From assembly GCA_964354495.1 (NCBI GenBank), contig CAYHAA010000018.1, positions 1 through 19,184 on the forward strand: a stretch of 19,184 nucleotides of DNA, in the 5' to 3' direction. Positions 9,454-17,292 of this stretch are shown here, piece by piece (the first letter of the stretch is position 1; each line of letters opens with the position of its first letter). Both the position numbers and the translations under genes were made by a program. Source of the DNA: an uncultured archaeon (GTDB taxonomy: Archaea; Asgardarchaeota; Thorarchaeia; Thorarchaeales; Thorarchaeaceae). The notes under the pieces were generated by a model. It did not search any database. It had not been told where the DNA came from and saw nothing but the letters and a program-made list of their open reading frames with translations.

Positions 9454-9957
9454 ATGTCAAAATATAGAATATCCCGTGAAAAGGAAACTATAGCTGGATG
9501 GAGAGGTTCTCAGGAAGATCTAGATGAGATCATTCGTACCGAATATCTTCTGCGATATTTTATGGAATAGAAAACTAAGGATTTTGAACCTTTACACCAA
9601 TTAGATATCAAACCATTTCGCGCATTGAAGATAGCTCTGGAAAGTGGGATTTTATCTTCATTACTGACCAATGATCATTTCATTTTCCTTGAACATCTAA
9701 TCAAGTTATCAAACCTTGGAGAGCGAAGTAATATACGACAACTTAGGCTATTGGAGCATCATAGAATAGTGAAAGGATTTTGGAATGAAGGCAGAAAGAG
9801 TGTGCGACTAAATCAGACCTGGAAACTAATGTTGGCTCATCTTGTTTCCAGTATCATGTTTAAATCAATTGTTCCTGTAGATTTACTTCACAAAGCTCAT
9901 CGGTTAGCAAAGGATTATTCAATCCGTGAACAATTGCAGATGTTTCACAGATCTTAA
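9454..9957 (+). pseudogene. Small winged-helix-like protein with one in-frame TAG (9568-9570)
   Basis: ATG 9454, 5 nt after the ATPase stop, is in frame with track ORF 9625-9957. LIKLSNLGERSNIRQLRLLEHHRIVKG...RKSVRL resembles an ArsR/MarR-type wHTH. Confidence 0.6.
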
Positions 9958-9961
9958 TGCA
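9850..9961 (+). repeat. 112-bp direct repeat, copy 1 (3' end of the wHTH gene)
   Basis: 101/112 identical to 13611-13722, with no indels. Confidence 0.95.
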
Positions 9962-10561
9962 CCTTTTGCGCTCTTCCTTACAGCACATTATTACTTCTTC
10001 TCAAAAAGATATGCACGAATATCTCCATCATCTATTAGTGGAAACCAACAGACTACTGCTACAGACAATAACTCCATGCCTACATATCCCTATGTTAATT
10101 GTGTGGACAGTATGCCAAGGATACGCCCCACAGACCTGTCATCGGTGCTGGGAGCGAAGAAGGAGAGTAGAGAATTAGACTTCCTCCATCGAGCGAGAGG
10201 GTGATGAGTACTTCCAGTGCTTCAAGCATGAGATGTACTTCCACGTCGATATCATCACAGCACGAAACATCACTCATGCTCATGGCTCGATTCTACCGTT
10301 CCCGGAAGGACAATGGAAGTATATTCAAGTCTGTCCAACTTATAGTGAACAATAGAATGCTGTTGATTTGTTTCTGTAGAAGCTGAGGGTGGGGACAAAA
10401 AGAGAGTACCATGAGCGCTGTCTGAAACTCAGAAACAACACTGAGCAGTCTTCAGCTCTTCAAATATGAGCAACTCAAGAGTTGTTCTTCTGATCTCAAT
10501 CATGAGATAGTGAAGCTTTATTAGAAATAATGAATAACGCTCAATCGAGGGATTTCGGCCG

Positions 10562-12919
10562 ATGGGGATGTATTCATCCTATACGTGCAATTCAAAGTTG
10601 AAGATATTGCTTTTTTGGTTGACTGTAAGTGTTCTTATGTTTGTACCGAATGCTGCTCATGCAGAACCTGTTGATACTTTGCAGGACACAGTTGGACCAA
10701 GAGCATGTATACGATACTTTGAAAACTTCACGCTCTGTATTGGGGTAGAGATTCTAAATACATGGTCTAACTCTATTGAAATAACTGAGAATCTTACTCT
10801 TCCTAGGAGTTATCAGGACAGATTTGATGACAACTCAACTGAAACAGAGAATCCATATTTCATTCAGGGAGTCAAAGGAATTGTTGGTAATTGTTCATAC
10901 ATTCCAGGGAGTCAATCAAGAGTGTCAGTATTCCGTTTCTCAATCAATGGCTCTTTTGCAGAGAGTGAGTACTACAATCTTGAGCTGAAATGGGGATTGA
11001 CACCCGCTACTGAAGATACTCTCCAACCAATGCCCAGGTATACACAGAGGTTCAATGTCACACCTTTTGATTGGATTGATCAGGATACAATGTTGCCAAA
11101 AGCAATAGAATGTGAAGGAGGAGAGATAGATTCCACTTACGACCTGAGAATCACCTCGATAGTTCTTCCTGACTCATCAATATGCAAGGGAGATTCTGTT
11201 CTCGTCTATGTCACTGTTCATAACTATGGTTCTTGCAGTCTGAAGGCGTTTTTGAATGCAAGAATCAAGGAGGACAGCGGACTCTATATTGGCTTTGATC
11301 AGGGAGTATGGTCATATTATGGGAACGGAGTGGACATGATCTTTTATGTCTCTCCAGGATATACATATACCTATTATTTTGCATTTGGACCTGTCCTCTA
11401 TGATGACAATAGAGGTATCTGGGCTCTAAATGGGAGAATCGATGCAAGCAGTTATCAGACGGTCTCTCTCTGGTATAAGGTGTACCAGATGAGACTTCGA
11501 GGTTATGCTTCGGGATTTCAAACAACTTTTGACTACTACTGCAGTGAAAGCTTCTATGTCATTCAGAACACTGGGACTCGACGGATATTGGCTGCAGTTG
11601 TTGACGACGAATCTTGTTGGACAAACCCTGCTATGTTCTATGAATCGGTAGTTGATTTTGAAATTCGCATTGGTGAGGGTTGGACCCTTGGTCCGTACAC
11701 AACATTCGAACAAGAATTCGATGTTGATATTCAATTCTTTGATGTTGGTTCGTATGACTGGCTTGATGGTGCCTTAGGACAAGCAAGTGCAGCTGAAGCG
11801 CTTCGAAATTCTGAATATGCACTTGGACAAGGACTGAAACTTGGAGGCAATTGGGTTTCTATATTCGTTATCAATCCTGATACTGAAGACTACAGTTATT
11901 GTTACACTCAACGTGAGAATCATGGATTTGACATTGGTGTCGGACTCCTGCCAGCTGGATATTATTTGCACAGCGGTGAGGGAAACTCTGTTTTCTTAGG
12001 ATCCTCCTGTGTTACAATGGGTGCATATCTACCCGATTATTTCAGGGTCATGGAGTGTGCTCTACATGAACTGTGTCATCTGTTTGGCGCTCTACATGGA
12101 GATCAGTACGGACCGGATTCATTCGGTCCAGATAAAGATGGATATACATATGTAATGGCTGGAGGAACCGGTCGGGATTTATCTCCATGGGTAGGATGGA
12201 GGATGCATACCCTGACAGCACAGAAGATCAATGAGAACAATCATCTGAGGAAGTTTGATGGAGCTCCTGCCCCGGAGTATACGTCTGGAAAGTGGTATGG
12301 ACAGATTGAGTGTCATGTGGTGATGAATGCTAATCATTATGGTGAACCAGTGTACAGACTGGACTCTGATGGATTGTATCATTGGGGTTATAACAGTCAG
12401 AACTACAAACGGTTCTCAGTGACAGATAGTTTCGTATCTGGAATAGAACAGAGTGGGCGGGTTCTAAGCTCAAAGGAGATAGATGCAGAGGTTTCGTATC
12501 CTAATCCGGGGATGGGTTGCTTCTATGCTGCCTACAAGCTCTACTGGAGTTCCAGTCATTGGCCAACTGGATTCTCTCCCAGTCAAGGCATCAAACTGTA
12601 TGTTGTATACTGGTCATGGCAAGATAGTGATACTACATCCTCATCTGTTGATAATGTCATAATGGTAATAATATCATCCAGATCCTCTACTCCATCTCAG
12701 TACTACTCAGCATCCTTTGAGGCTGCTTCTCCAACAGGTGGTTGGAAATACTGTCACAATCAATGGGTTATTCAGGATGACATGAAAGACATCAACCTCA
12801 CAGATTCCACAGTCTATCTTCTACTAGGTTTCCGTGATGCTTGGTCTGCAGACTATCATCAGAAACTTAAGGTGCATCCAATCTGGATTCTATTCGCATA
12901 TACATGGAACAGTTGGTGA
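10562..12919 (+). CDS. Secreted multidomain zinc metalloprotease (metzincin) with a CARDB/Ig-like domain
   Basis: Signal peptide ILLFWLTVSVLMFVPNAAHA; CARDB-like DLRITSIVLP...VYVTVHNYG; HELCHLFGALH (HExxHxxGxxH) followed by a Met-turn-like YVMA. Confidence 0.8.
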   Translation: MGMYSSYTCNSKLKILLFWLTVSVLMFVPNAAHAEPVDTLQDTVGPRACIRYFENFTLCIGVEILNTWSNSIEITENLTLPRSYQDRFDDNSTETENPYFIQGVKGIVGNCSYIPGSQSRVSVFRFSINGSFAESEYYNLELKWGLTPATEDTLQPMPRYTQRFNVTPFDWIDQDTMLPKAIECEGGEIDSTYDLRITSIVLPDSSICKGDSVLVYVTVHNYGSCSLKAFLNARIKEDSGLYIGFDQGVWSYYGNGVDMIFYVSPGYTYTYYFAFGPVLYDDNRGIWALNGRIDASSYQTVSLWYKVYQMRLRGYASGFQTTFDYYCSESFYVIQNTGTRRILAAVVDDESCWTNPAMFYESVVDFEIRIGEGWTLGPYTTFEQEFDVDIQFFDVGSYDWLDGALGQASAAEALRNSEYALGQGLKLGGNWVSIFVINPDTEDYSYCYTQRENHGFDIGVGLLPAGYYLHSGEGNSVFLGSSCVTMGAYLPDYFRVMECALHELCHLFGALHGDQYGPDSFGPDKDGYTYVMAGGTGRDLSPWVGWRMHTLTAQKINENNHLRKFDGAPAPEYTSGKWYGQIECHVVMNANHYGEPVYRLDSDGLYHWGYNSQNYKRFSVTDSFVSGIEQSGRVLSSKEIDAEVSYPNPGMGCFYAAYKLYWSSSHWPTGFSPSQGIKLYVVYWSWQDSDTTSSSVDNVIMVIISSRSSTPSQYYSASFEAASPTGGWKYCHNQWVIQDDMKDINLTDSTVYLLLGFRDAWSADYHQKLKVHPIWILFAYTWNSW

Positions 12920-13494
12920 GGAGAGTGATGAAGGCAATGCAGAGATATTTCACTTTTGTTGTGGTTGTTGCAACAATATGCTCTCTTCTATACATATCAC
13001 CAGTATCTGGACATGGTCATCATTTCGACTTGGGCTATCTCCAGTCAAACTTTCAGGATGACACCATCTTTGGTAACTATACCTATACGTACCCTAATTA
13101 TTACCCGTGGCCTGTGTTAGTCTATATTGATGTGCAAGATTCAGATGGGGTGGATTCCGTATGGTTGAGTTATCAACGCGAGAATGAGACCTTAGTATTG
13201 AATCAGTCTATGAGTAGAACTGTTCTTGGTAGCGGTAACAGATATGTTGGTGACTTTAGGGCTAATGTCAGTCAGACTGTAACCAAGTTCATAGTCCACT
13301 TCCATGCCAATGATACTCTTGGTCATCAGACGTCATCGATTGAATACTCGCTGATTGTTTACTATAACCCTCCTGATACACTTCCGAACGAAGACTACGG
13401 TCTACAGTTTATAATAGGGCTGTCAATTGCATTAGTGAGTGTAGTGGGACTCTTCTATTCTTGGAGAAAAGGTCGAGGTAGATCAGATGAGTAG
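12904..13494 (+). CDS. Surface protein with signal peptide, Ig-like domain and C-terminal TM anchor
   Basis: N-terminal hydrophobic segment, beta-rich middle with N-x-T/S sequons, C-terminal FIIGLSIALVSVVGLFYSW plus basic tail RKGRGR. Overlaps the protease gene by 16 nt. Confidence 0.78.
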   Translation: MEQLVRRVMKAMQRYFTFVVVVATICSLLYISPVSGHGHHFDLGYLQSNFQDDTIFGNYTYTYPNYYPWPVLVYIDVQDSDGVDSVWLSYQRENETLVLNQSMSRTVLGSGNRYVGDFRANVSQTVTKFIVHFHANDTLGHQTSSIEYSLIVYYNPPDTLPNEDYGLQFIIGLSIALVSVVGLFYSWRKGRGRSDE

Positions 13495-13610
13495 CTAATC
13501 AGATGTCATGTGTCGGATATGACTGATCATCTCTAGTTTTTCTCACCCCATCTCTCTACTAATCTGTTGGGAATGATGATTGAGGGGATCTAATATAGAA
13601 GAGAACCCCT

Positions 13611-13722
13611 AGTACCAGATTTGAATCAATTATTCCTGTAGATTTACTTCACAAAGCTCATCGTTTAGCAAAGGATTATTCAATCCGTGAACAATTACAA
13701 ATGTTTTGCAGACCTTAATGCA
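13611..13722 (+). repeat. 112-bp direct repeat, copy 2 (orphan 3' fragment of a wHTH paralog)
   Basis: Same frame ends at the same TAA (IPVDLLHKAHRLAKDYSIREQLQMFCRP*). No homology upstream of 13611. Confidence 0.95.
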
Positions 13723-13813
13723 ACCATACAGCGGTATGTAATTGTGTTCAAACTCTATTGAAAATTTGGAATACAAAATAAAAAGCATCTGTAGGATAAT
13801 TCATAGAACGAAA

Positions 13814-13845
13814 TCTTCAGATCTCCCAGGCTAATCTACCTCAGC
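13814..13845 (-). repeat. 5' fragment of host tRNA-Phe lacking the 22/23 intron (att-like right boundary of the island)
   Basis: Minus strand reads GCTGAGG-TA-GATT-AGCCTGGGA-GATC-TGAAGA. This is 24/26 identical to the spliced 5' end of the 5058 tRNA, followed directly by the anticodon-loop core. Confidence 0.9.
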
Positions 13846-13878
13846 AATGCCTGTATTTTGTCTTCCGCTGATTTTGTG

Positions 13879-13893
13879 ATATAAAGATAGTGG
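13879..13893 (-). promoter_or_regulatory. Promoter of the disrupted host tRNA-Phe
   Basis: CCACTATCTTTATAT 35-48 nt upstream of the 5' half, resembling CCACTATATTTAAAA before the island tRNA. Confidence 0.55.
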
Positions 13894-13903
13894 CAATGTG
13901 CGA

Positions 13904-14377
13904 CTATGCCAGTTTCTTCACGGCCATCTCGACCTCTTCAAATGGAGGAAGTTTCCCAGGGTCATCACTGACCCAGCAGTACACGACGGTTCTGTCCACA
14001 TCCACCACAAAGACCGACCGTTTTGCGACTTTGGTCATGCCTGCAAGGTCCTTGTGTACTATTCCATAGCTCTTGATTGTGGTCTTCTCCCAATCAGAGA
14101 GCAATGGAAACTGGATACCGTTGCTCTTCTTGAACGCAGCATGACTAAATATCCCATCGACGGAGATTCCCAAGACATTTGCGCCAAGCTCATTATAGCT
14201 CGTCAGAACATCCCTGAATTGACAGAGCTCCTTCTGGCATACCGAGCTGAAGTCTGCAGGGTAGAAGACAAGCACCACTGGACCTTTCTTGAGTTCTTCG
14301 CTCAGCGTCACACTCTTGCCAGGTGCCTCCCAGAGGGTGAAGTCTGGGGCTTCACTTCCAACAGTCAGTTTCGTCAA
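13904..14377 (-). CDS. Peroxiredoxin (AhpC/TSA family, BCP/AhpE-like)
   Basis: VGSEAPDFTL...VVLVFYPADFSSVCQKELC...GISVD...LLSDW...RSVFVVD; PxxxS/TxxC active site with CxxxxC. Confidence 0.93.
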   Translation of the reverse strand: MTKLTVGSEAPDFTLWEAPGKSVTLSEELKKGPVVLVFYPADFSSVCQKELCQFRDVLTSYNELGANVLGISVDGIFSHAAFKKSNGIQFPLLSDWEKTTIKSYGIVHKDLAGMTKVAKRSVFVVDVDRTVVYCWVSDDPGKLPPFEEVEMAVKKLA

Positions 14378-14460
14378 TCCACCAACCTCACTATAGTTAA
14401 TGTTTTTCCTTCATTGTCTATTAAGGCTTAGGATACGTGTTCAGTATGCACTAGAACGTT

Positions 14461-14979
14461 CTACTTGATCTTGTAGTTCATATAGCTGGCAACAATTGCT
14501 GCTGCAATCGCGGCTGCATTCACTGCAAGGGGGTATATGTACACTGTATCAAGGAAAGCTGCAGTTGCAAGCCATGATGGAAGACTGCCCAGATCTGCAA
14601 CGCCAAAGGGGATGAAATAGAACAGCAGGAACAGACAGGTCAGCAGGCCGACCCCAACGAACGCTGGCATATCCGACCAGGAACGCGCGAATGCTGAGAG
14701 CTTGCCAATCCACGAGAACTGTGCTCTCTGACGTCGTCGTTGCTTTCTCTTGGATACGATATGTGCCCAGCGGTACATTGTCTCTGCCATGAGAACATAT
14801 CCTCCTCCGAGAACAGCCATTGCTCCTAACGAGACCATGAGCTGCAACTCAGCACTTAGAACATTCACATAGACTTGAGCATGCCATAGAATCGGAATCT
14901 GCACGAAACCAGCTATCGCTAGAAACATGATTATGAGTCCGGGCTTACTGCCACGTCTCCACCAGACCGCTAGGCTCAT
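14461..14979 (-). CDS. Hypothetical membrane protein (~4 TM)
   Basis: Four hydrophobic segments with an Arg/Lys-rich cytoplasmic loop; normal ATG and stop. Confidence 0.75.
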   Translation of the reverse strand: MSLAVWWRRGSKPGLIIMFLAIAGFVQIPILWHAQVYVNVLSAELQLMVSLGAMAVLGGGYVLMAETMYRWAHIVSKRKQRRRQRAQFSWIGKLSAFARSWSDMPAFVGVGLLTCLFLLFYFIPFGVADLGSLPSWLATAAFLDTVYIYPLAVNAAAIAAAIVASYMNYKIK

Positions 14980-15054
14980 CGCTTCTCACCAAGTGTGTGA
15001 ATGCCAGAGCGGACATCGGTCTGCACTTTAAGGTTTTGGAACAAGTGAATTCTG

Positions 15055-15669
15055 CTATGCCTTATGCGCATGAACCTTGAACCACCAATCGTTGTCCTCG
15101 GTATGGAGGTCATCAAAGCCCACCCTCTTCAGTAGTGAACGCACGCTATCTGTCGTCTGTCCCTGATTTCCTCGAACTCCGTATCCGACCTTTGAAACAG
15201 TTCCATCGGGCAGGATGAGCAGAGCATTGAATATGAAGTGTTCCTCCCTGCAGTCAATACGGCTTGCGTAGATGGACAGGTCGCCTCCTCTCTTGAGAGC
15301 TCTAAACGACTGCGCCAAGATGCGCTCCTTGGTAGTCCAGCCGGTCATATATCCTAGAGAGAACCATAGGGTGATCATGTCAAAAGAACAGTCCCGAAAG
15401 GGCAGACTTCCAGCATCTGCGACGAACCAGTTCGCGGGCGGATCATGTATCTTGGCCTCAAGAATCTCACTCATCCTGTAGTCCACCGCACAGACATGTT
15501 TTCCACCGATTCGGGATACCAATCCCTCACCGCCGCCGCCTATGTCAAGAATGAGTCTGTCTTTCGGTAAGTCCTCTAAATGAATTATCTGGACAGGTGA
15601 TGATGAGCTGCTAAGACTATCTTTCATTGAAGATGACAATTTTTGAGTCTGACACTCGCTCATTAACAT
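15055..15669 (-). CDS. Class I SAM-dependent methyltransferase
   Basis: LILDIGGGGEG motif I, AVD, VADAGSLPFRDCSFDMI motifs. Start uncertain (15669, 15663 or 15627). Confidence 0.88.
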   Translation of the reverse strand: MLMSECQTQKLSSSMKDSLSSSSSPVQIIHLEDLPKDRLILDIGGGGEGLVSRIGGKHVCAVDYRMSEILEAKIHDPPANWFVADAGSLPFRDCSFDMITLWFSLGYMTGWTTKERILAQSFRALKRGGDLSIYASRIDCREEHFIFNALLILPDGTVSKVGYGVRGNQGQTTDSVRSLLKRVGFDDLHTEDNDWWFKVHAHKA

Positions 15670-15671
15670 AA

Positions 15672-15977
15672 TGCATTCCCAGTCCACGAATTTGCGATTA
15701 TTCACAATCTGATGAAAAGACCACTGAATACGGGTTTCTGGATGTGGATGGGCCCGATGTCCATTGGGACGTGAGAGAACTCTCTGTGGGAGGAGAATAC
15801 CTCATACGCGTTGTCGCCAGAAGTTCAACAGGCATTGTTGCAGAGGATGTGTCCGATTCAGTCTTTTCGGTTGCCAGCAGGGACTATTCAACTATCATAC
15901 TGACGGGTGTTGGCAGTGCGATTATCTTGGTAGCAGTGATTCTAATCTATGTACGCCTCAGAAGAGGAACGGCGTGA
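15672..15977 (+). pseudogene. C-terminal remnant of a large surface protein (Ig-like repeat plus TM anchor)
   Basis: HWDVRELSVGGEYLIRVVARSSTGIVAEDVSDSVFSV, then a TM helix and RLRR tail. The frame opens after TAA 15669-15671 with no convincing start. Confidence 0.6.
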
Positions 15978-16144
15978 CAAGAGAGAATAGCAGAGTATGA
16001 GCGCTATTCAGCAAGTAATCTCTGGATGAACAGTGTATCCTCTGAGAAAAGACAAGTGAGGGTTCAACAGGCTCAATCAACACGCCATAATTCTTTTAAC
16101 CATTTCAACCGGCATTACAACCCGCACGAAACGTGCAGAACTGT

Positions 16145-16284
16145 GGGCCGGTAGATTAGCCCGGTAGTCACTGCGAATTGTCGCAGTGGCCAGGAGAGAT
16201 CGCTTCCTTGGCATGGAAGAGGTCGCGAAACTCTGTGAATCTAGTTTTCACGGAGCGCGAGTTCAAATTTCGCCCGGTCCACCA
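16145..16284 (+). tRNA. trnA-GGC: tRNA-Ala(GGC) with two non-canonical introns (D-arm ~16167/8-16195/8; 53/54: 16230-16261)
   Basis: Acceptor GGGCCGG/CCGGTCC with the G3:U70 Ala identity pair plus ACCA; anticodon arm CTTCC-TTGGCAT-GGAAG. Textbook BHB (CGCG/CGCG helix, 9-bp inner stem) for the T-arm intron. Confidence 0.93.
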
Positions 16285-16363
16285 CACTCTTTTTCCACGA
16301 AGAGGAAGACTTACGCTAATGGACATCATATTAAGGTGGCAGGCAAATCGAAAAGCGAGCAGA

Positions 16364-17047
16364 ATGAAGATACTTGCATTCAATGCCAGTCCTCGAAAAT
16401 CTCAGGGTACTACTGACATACTAATGGAGGCTTTCATTGATGGAGCAAGGAAAGCTAATGCTGAGGTTGAGAAGCACTACATCGTTGATCTGGACATAAA
16501 AGGATGCTTGGGTTGTTTCACTTGCTGGTGGAAGACCCCTGGCAAGTGTGTTCATAGAGACGATATGGACTGGATTCTCCCTAGCATCATTGAAGCGGAC
16601 ATATTGCTCCTTGGTACGCCCGTCTATGGTCGCAACATAACACATTACATGCAGCGACTGCTTGAACGTACATTCTCATTGACTCTTCCAGAGATGCAAA
16701 TCAGAGATGGAGAGACCACTCATCCCGTCAGACCACACAGGTCTCTGCATTTAGTCCTGTGTGCCACTTGTGGATTTCCGGATGTCAGCAACTTCAATCA
16801 CATAAGAGCTCTGTATCCAACAGCAGTACACATCCTACTGCCTTCGGCTCAGATTCTTCTCAATGACAATGGCAGAGAGCATCTTTCCGATTTTCTAGAG
16901 GCCACGAGCCTGACGGGGCAAAAAATGGCTGATGGAGAGGAAATTCCAGCGTCTCTGGCTGATAGATTAGTATTTGAGTATTCAGATGAGATGAAGAAGA
17001 ATATCATCGAAGCCCACAATCAGTATAGCGCATCTCGAATTGAATAA
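16364..17047 (+). CDS. Iron-sulfur flavoprotein / flavodoxin-like NAD(P)H-dependent FMN reductase
   Basis: MKILAFNASPRKSQGTT flavodoxin start, CLGCFTCW...GKC Cys motif, LLGTPVY. The track's 16178 start overlaps the tRNA and is rejected. Confidence 0.9.
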   Translation: MKILAFNASPRKSQGTTDILMEAFIDGARKANAEVEKHYIVDLDIKGCLGCFTCWWKTPGKCVHRDDMDWILPSIIEADILLLGTPVYGRNITHYMQRLLERTFSLTLPEMQIRDGETTHPVRPHRSLHLVLCATCGFPDVSNFNHIRALYPTAVHILLPSAQILLNDNGREHLSDFLEATSLTGQKMADGEEIPASLADRLVFEYSDEMKKNIIEAHNQYSASRIE

Positions 17048-17129
17048 CTGACTACAGTAGCTCTTTTGCATATTCATCAGACAAGCACGCACAATGGATG
17101 TATTATTCTAAAACGATTTCACATTTCAT

Positions 17130-17155
17130 GAGTTCAAATCTCGACCGGTCCACCA
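17130..17155 (+). repeat. tRNA-Ala 3'-end copy 1 (att-like)
   Basis: GAGTTCAAATCTCGACCGGTCCACCA, 24/26 identical to 16259-16284. Confidence 0.9.
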
Positions 17156-17292
17156 CTTCTTCTTGTATCGTCGCACCAAGCCTATATACTAGTCGAATAT
17201 CATTCTATCAGAAGCTCCTTCATACTCGAATGAAGTAAAGTGGGAAAACCTGCATCACGAGCACGGCGGATTAGAGGATGTGAGCTGACTCG

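Larger units (their letters stand above)
3588..13813. mobile_element. ~10.2 kb integrated element/genomic island inserted in the anticodon loop of a tRNA-Phe gene
   Basis: Bounded by complementary tRNA-Phe halves on the same (minus) strand, each with TGAAGA (3582-3587, 13814-13819). Visibly AT-richer than the flanks. Contains a nuclease-like gene, a HerA/VirB4-like pseudogene and cargo. No integrase seen. Confidence 0.82.

Noticed and set aside
7712-9957. Alternative genetic code in the island
   Set aside because: It would need both TGA and TAG reassigned, yet island genes end normally at TGA (9448, 12919) and TAG (13494), and the other long island ORFs have no internal stops.
9850-9988. Minus-strand ORF across the 112-bp repeat (IVHGLNNPLL...)
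   Set aside because: Substitutions between copies are synonymous in the plus frame and non-synonymous in this one, and the stop positions differ.
9926-10386. Short overlapping ORFs between repeat copy 1 and the protease gene
   Set aside because: No recognisable motifs, mutually overlapping and of atypical composition; probably decayed or non-coding.
10468-10487. Near-perfect palindrome GAGCAACTC-AA-GAGTTGTTC upstream of the protease gene
   Set aside because: Single occurrence with no supporting second site; it cannot be distinguished from a chance hairpin.
3560-13845. Trans-spliced split tRNA-Phe made from the two flanking halves
   Set aside because: There are no long complementary leader sequences or BHB between the pieces, the anticodon stem is missing from both, and an intact gene is present.
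13898-14431. 177-aa ORF antisense to the peroxiredoxin, and other antisense track ORFs
   Set aside because: Shadow frames of well-supported genes on the opposite strand.
16178-16363. N-terminal extension of the flavoprotein ORF (and ORFs 16168-16383, 16186-16416)
   Set aside because: These overlap the tRNA-Ala gene. The flavodoxin fold starts at MKILAFNAS (16364).
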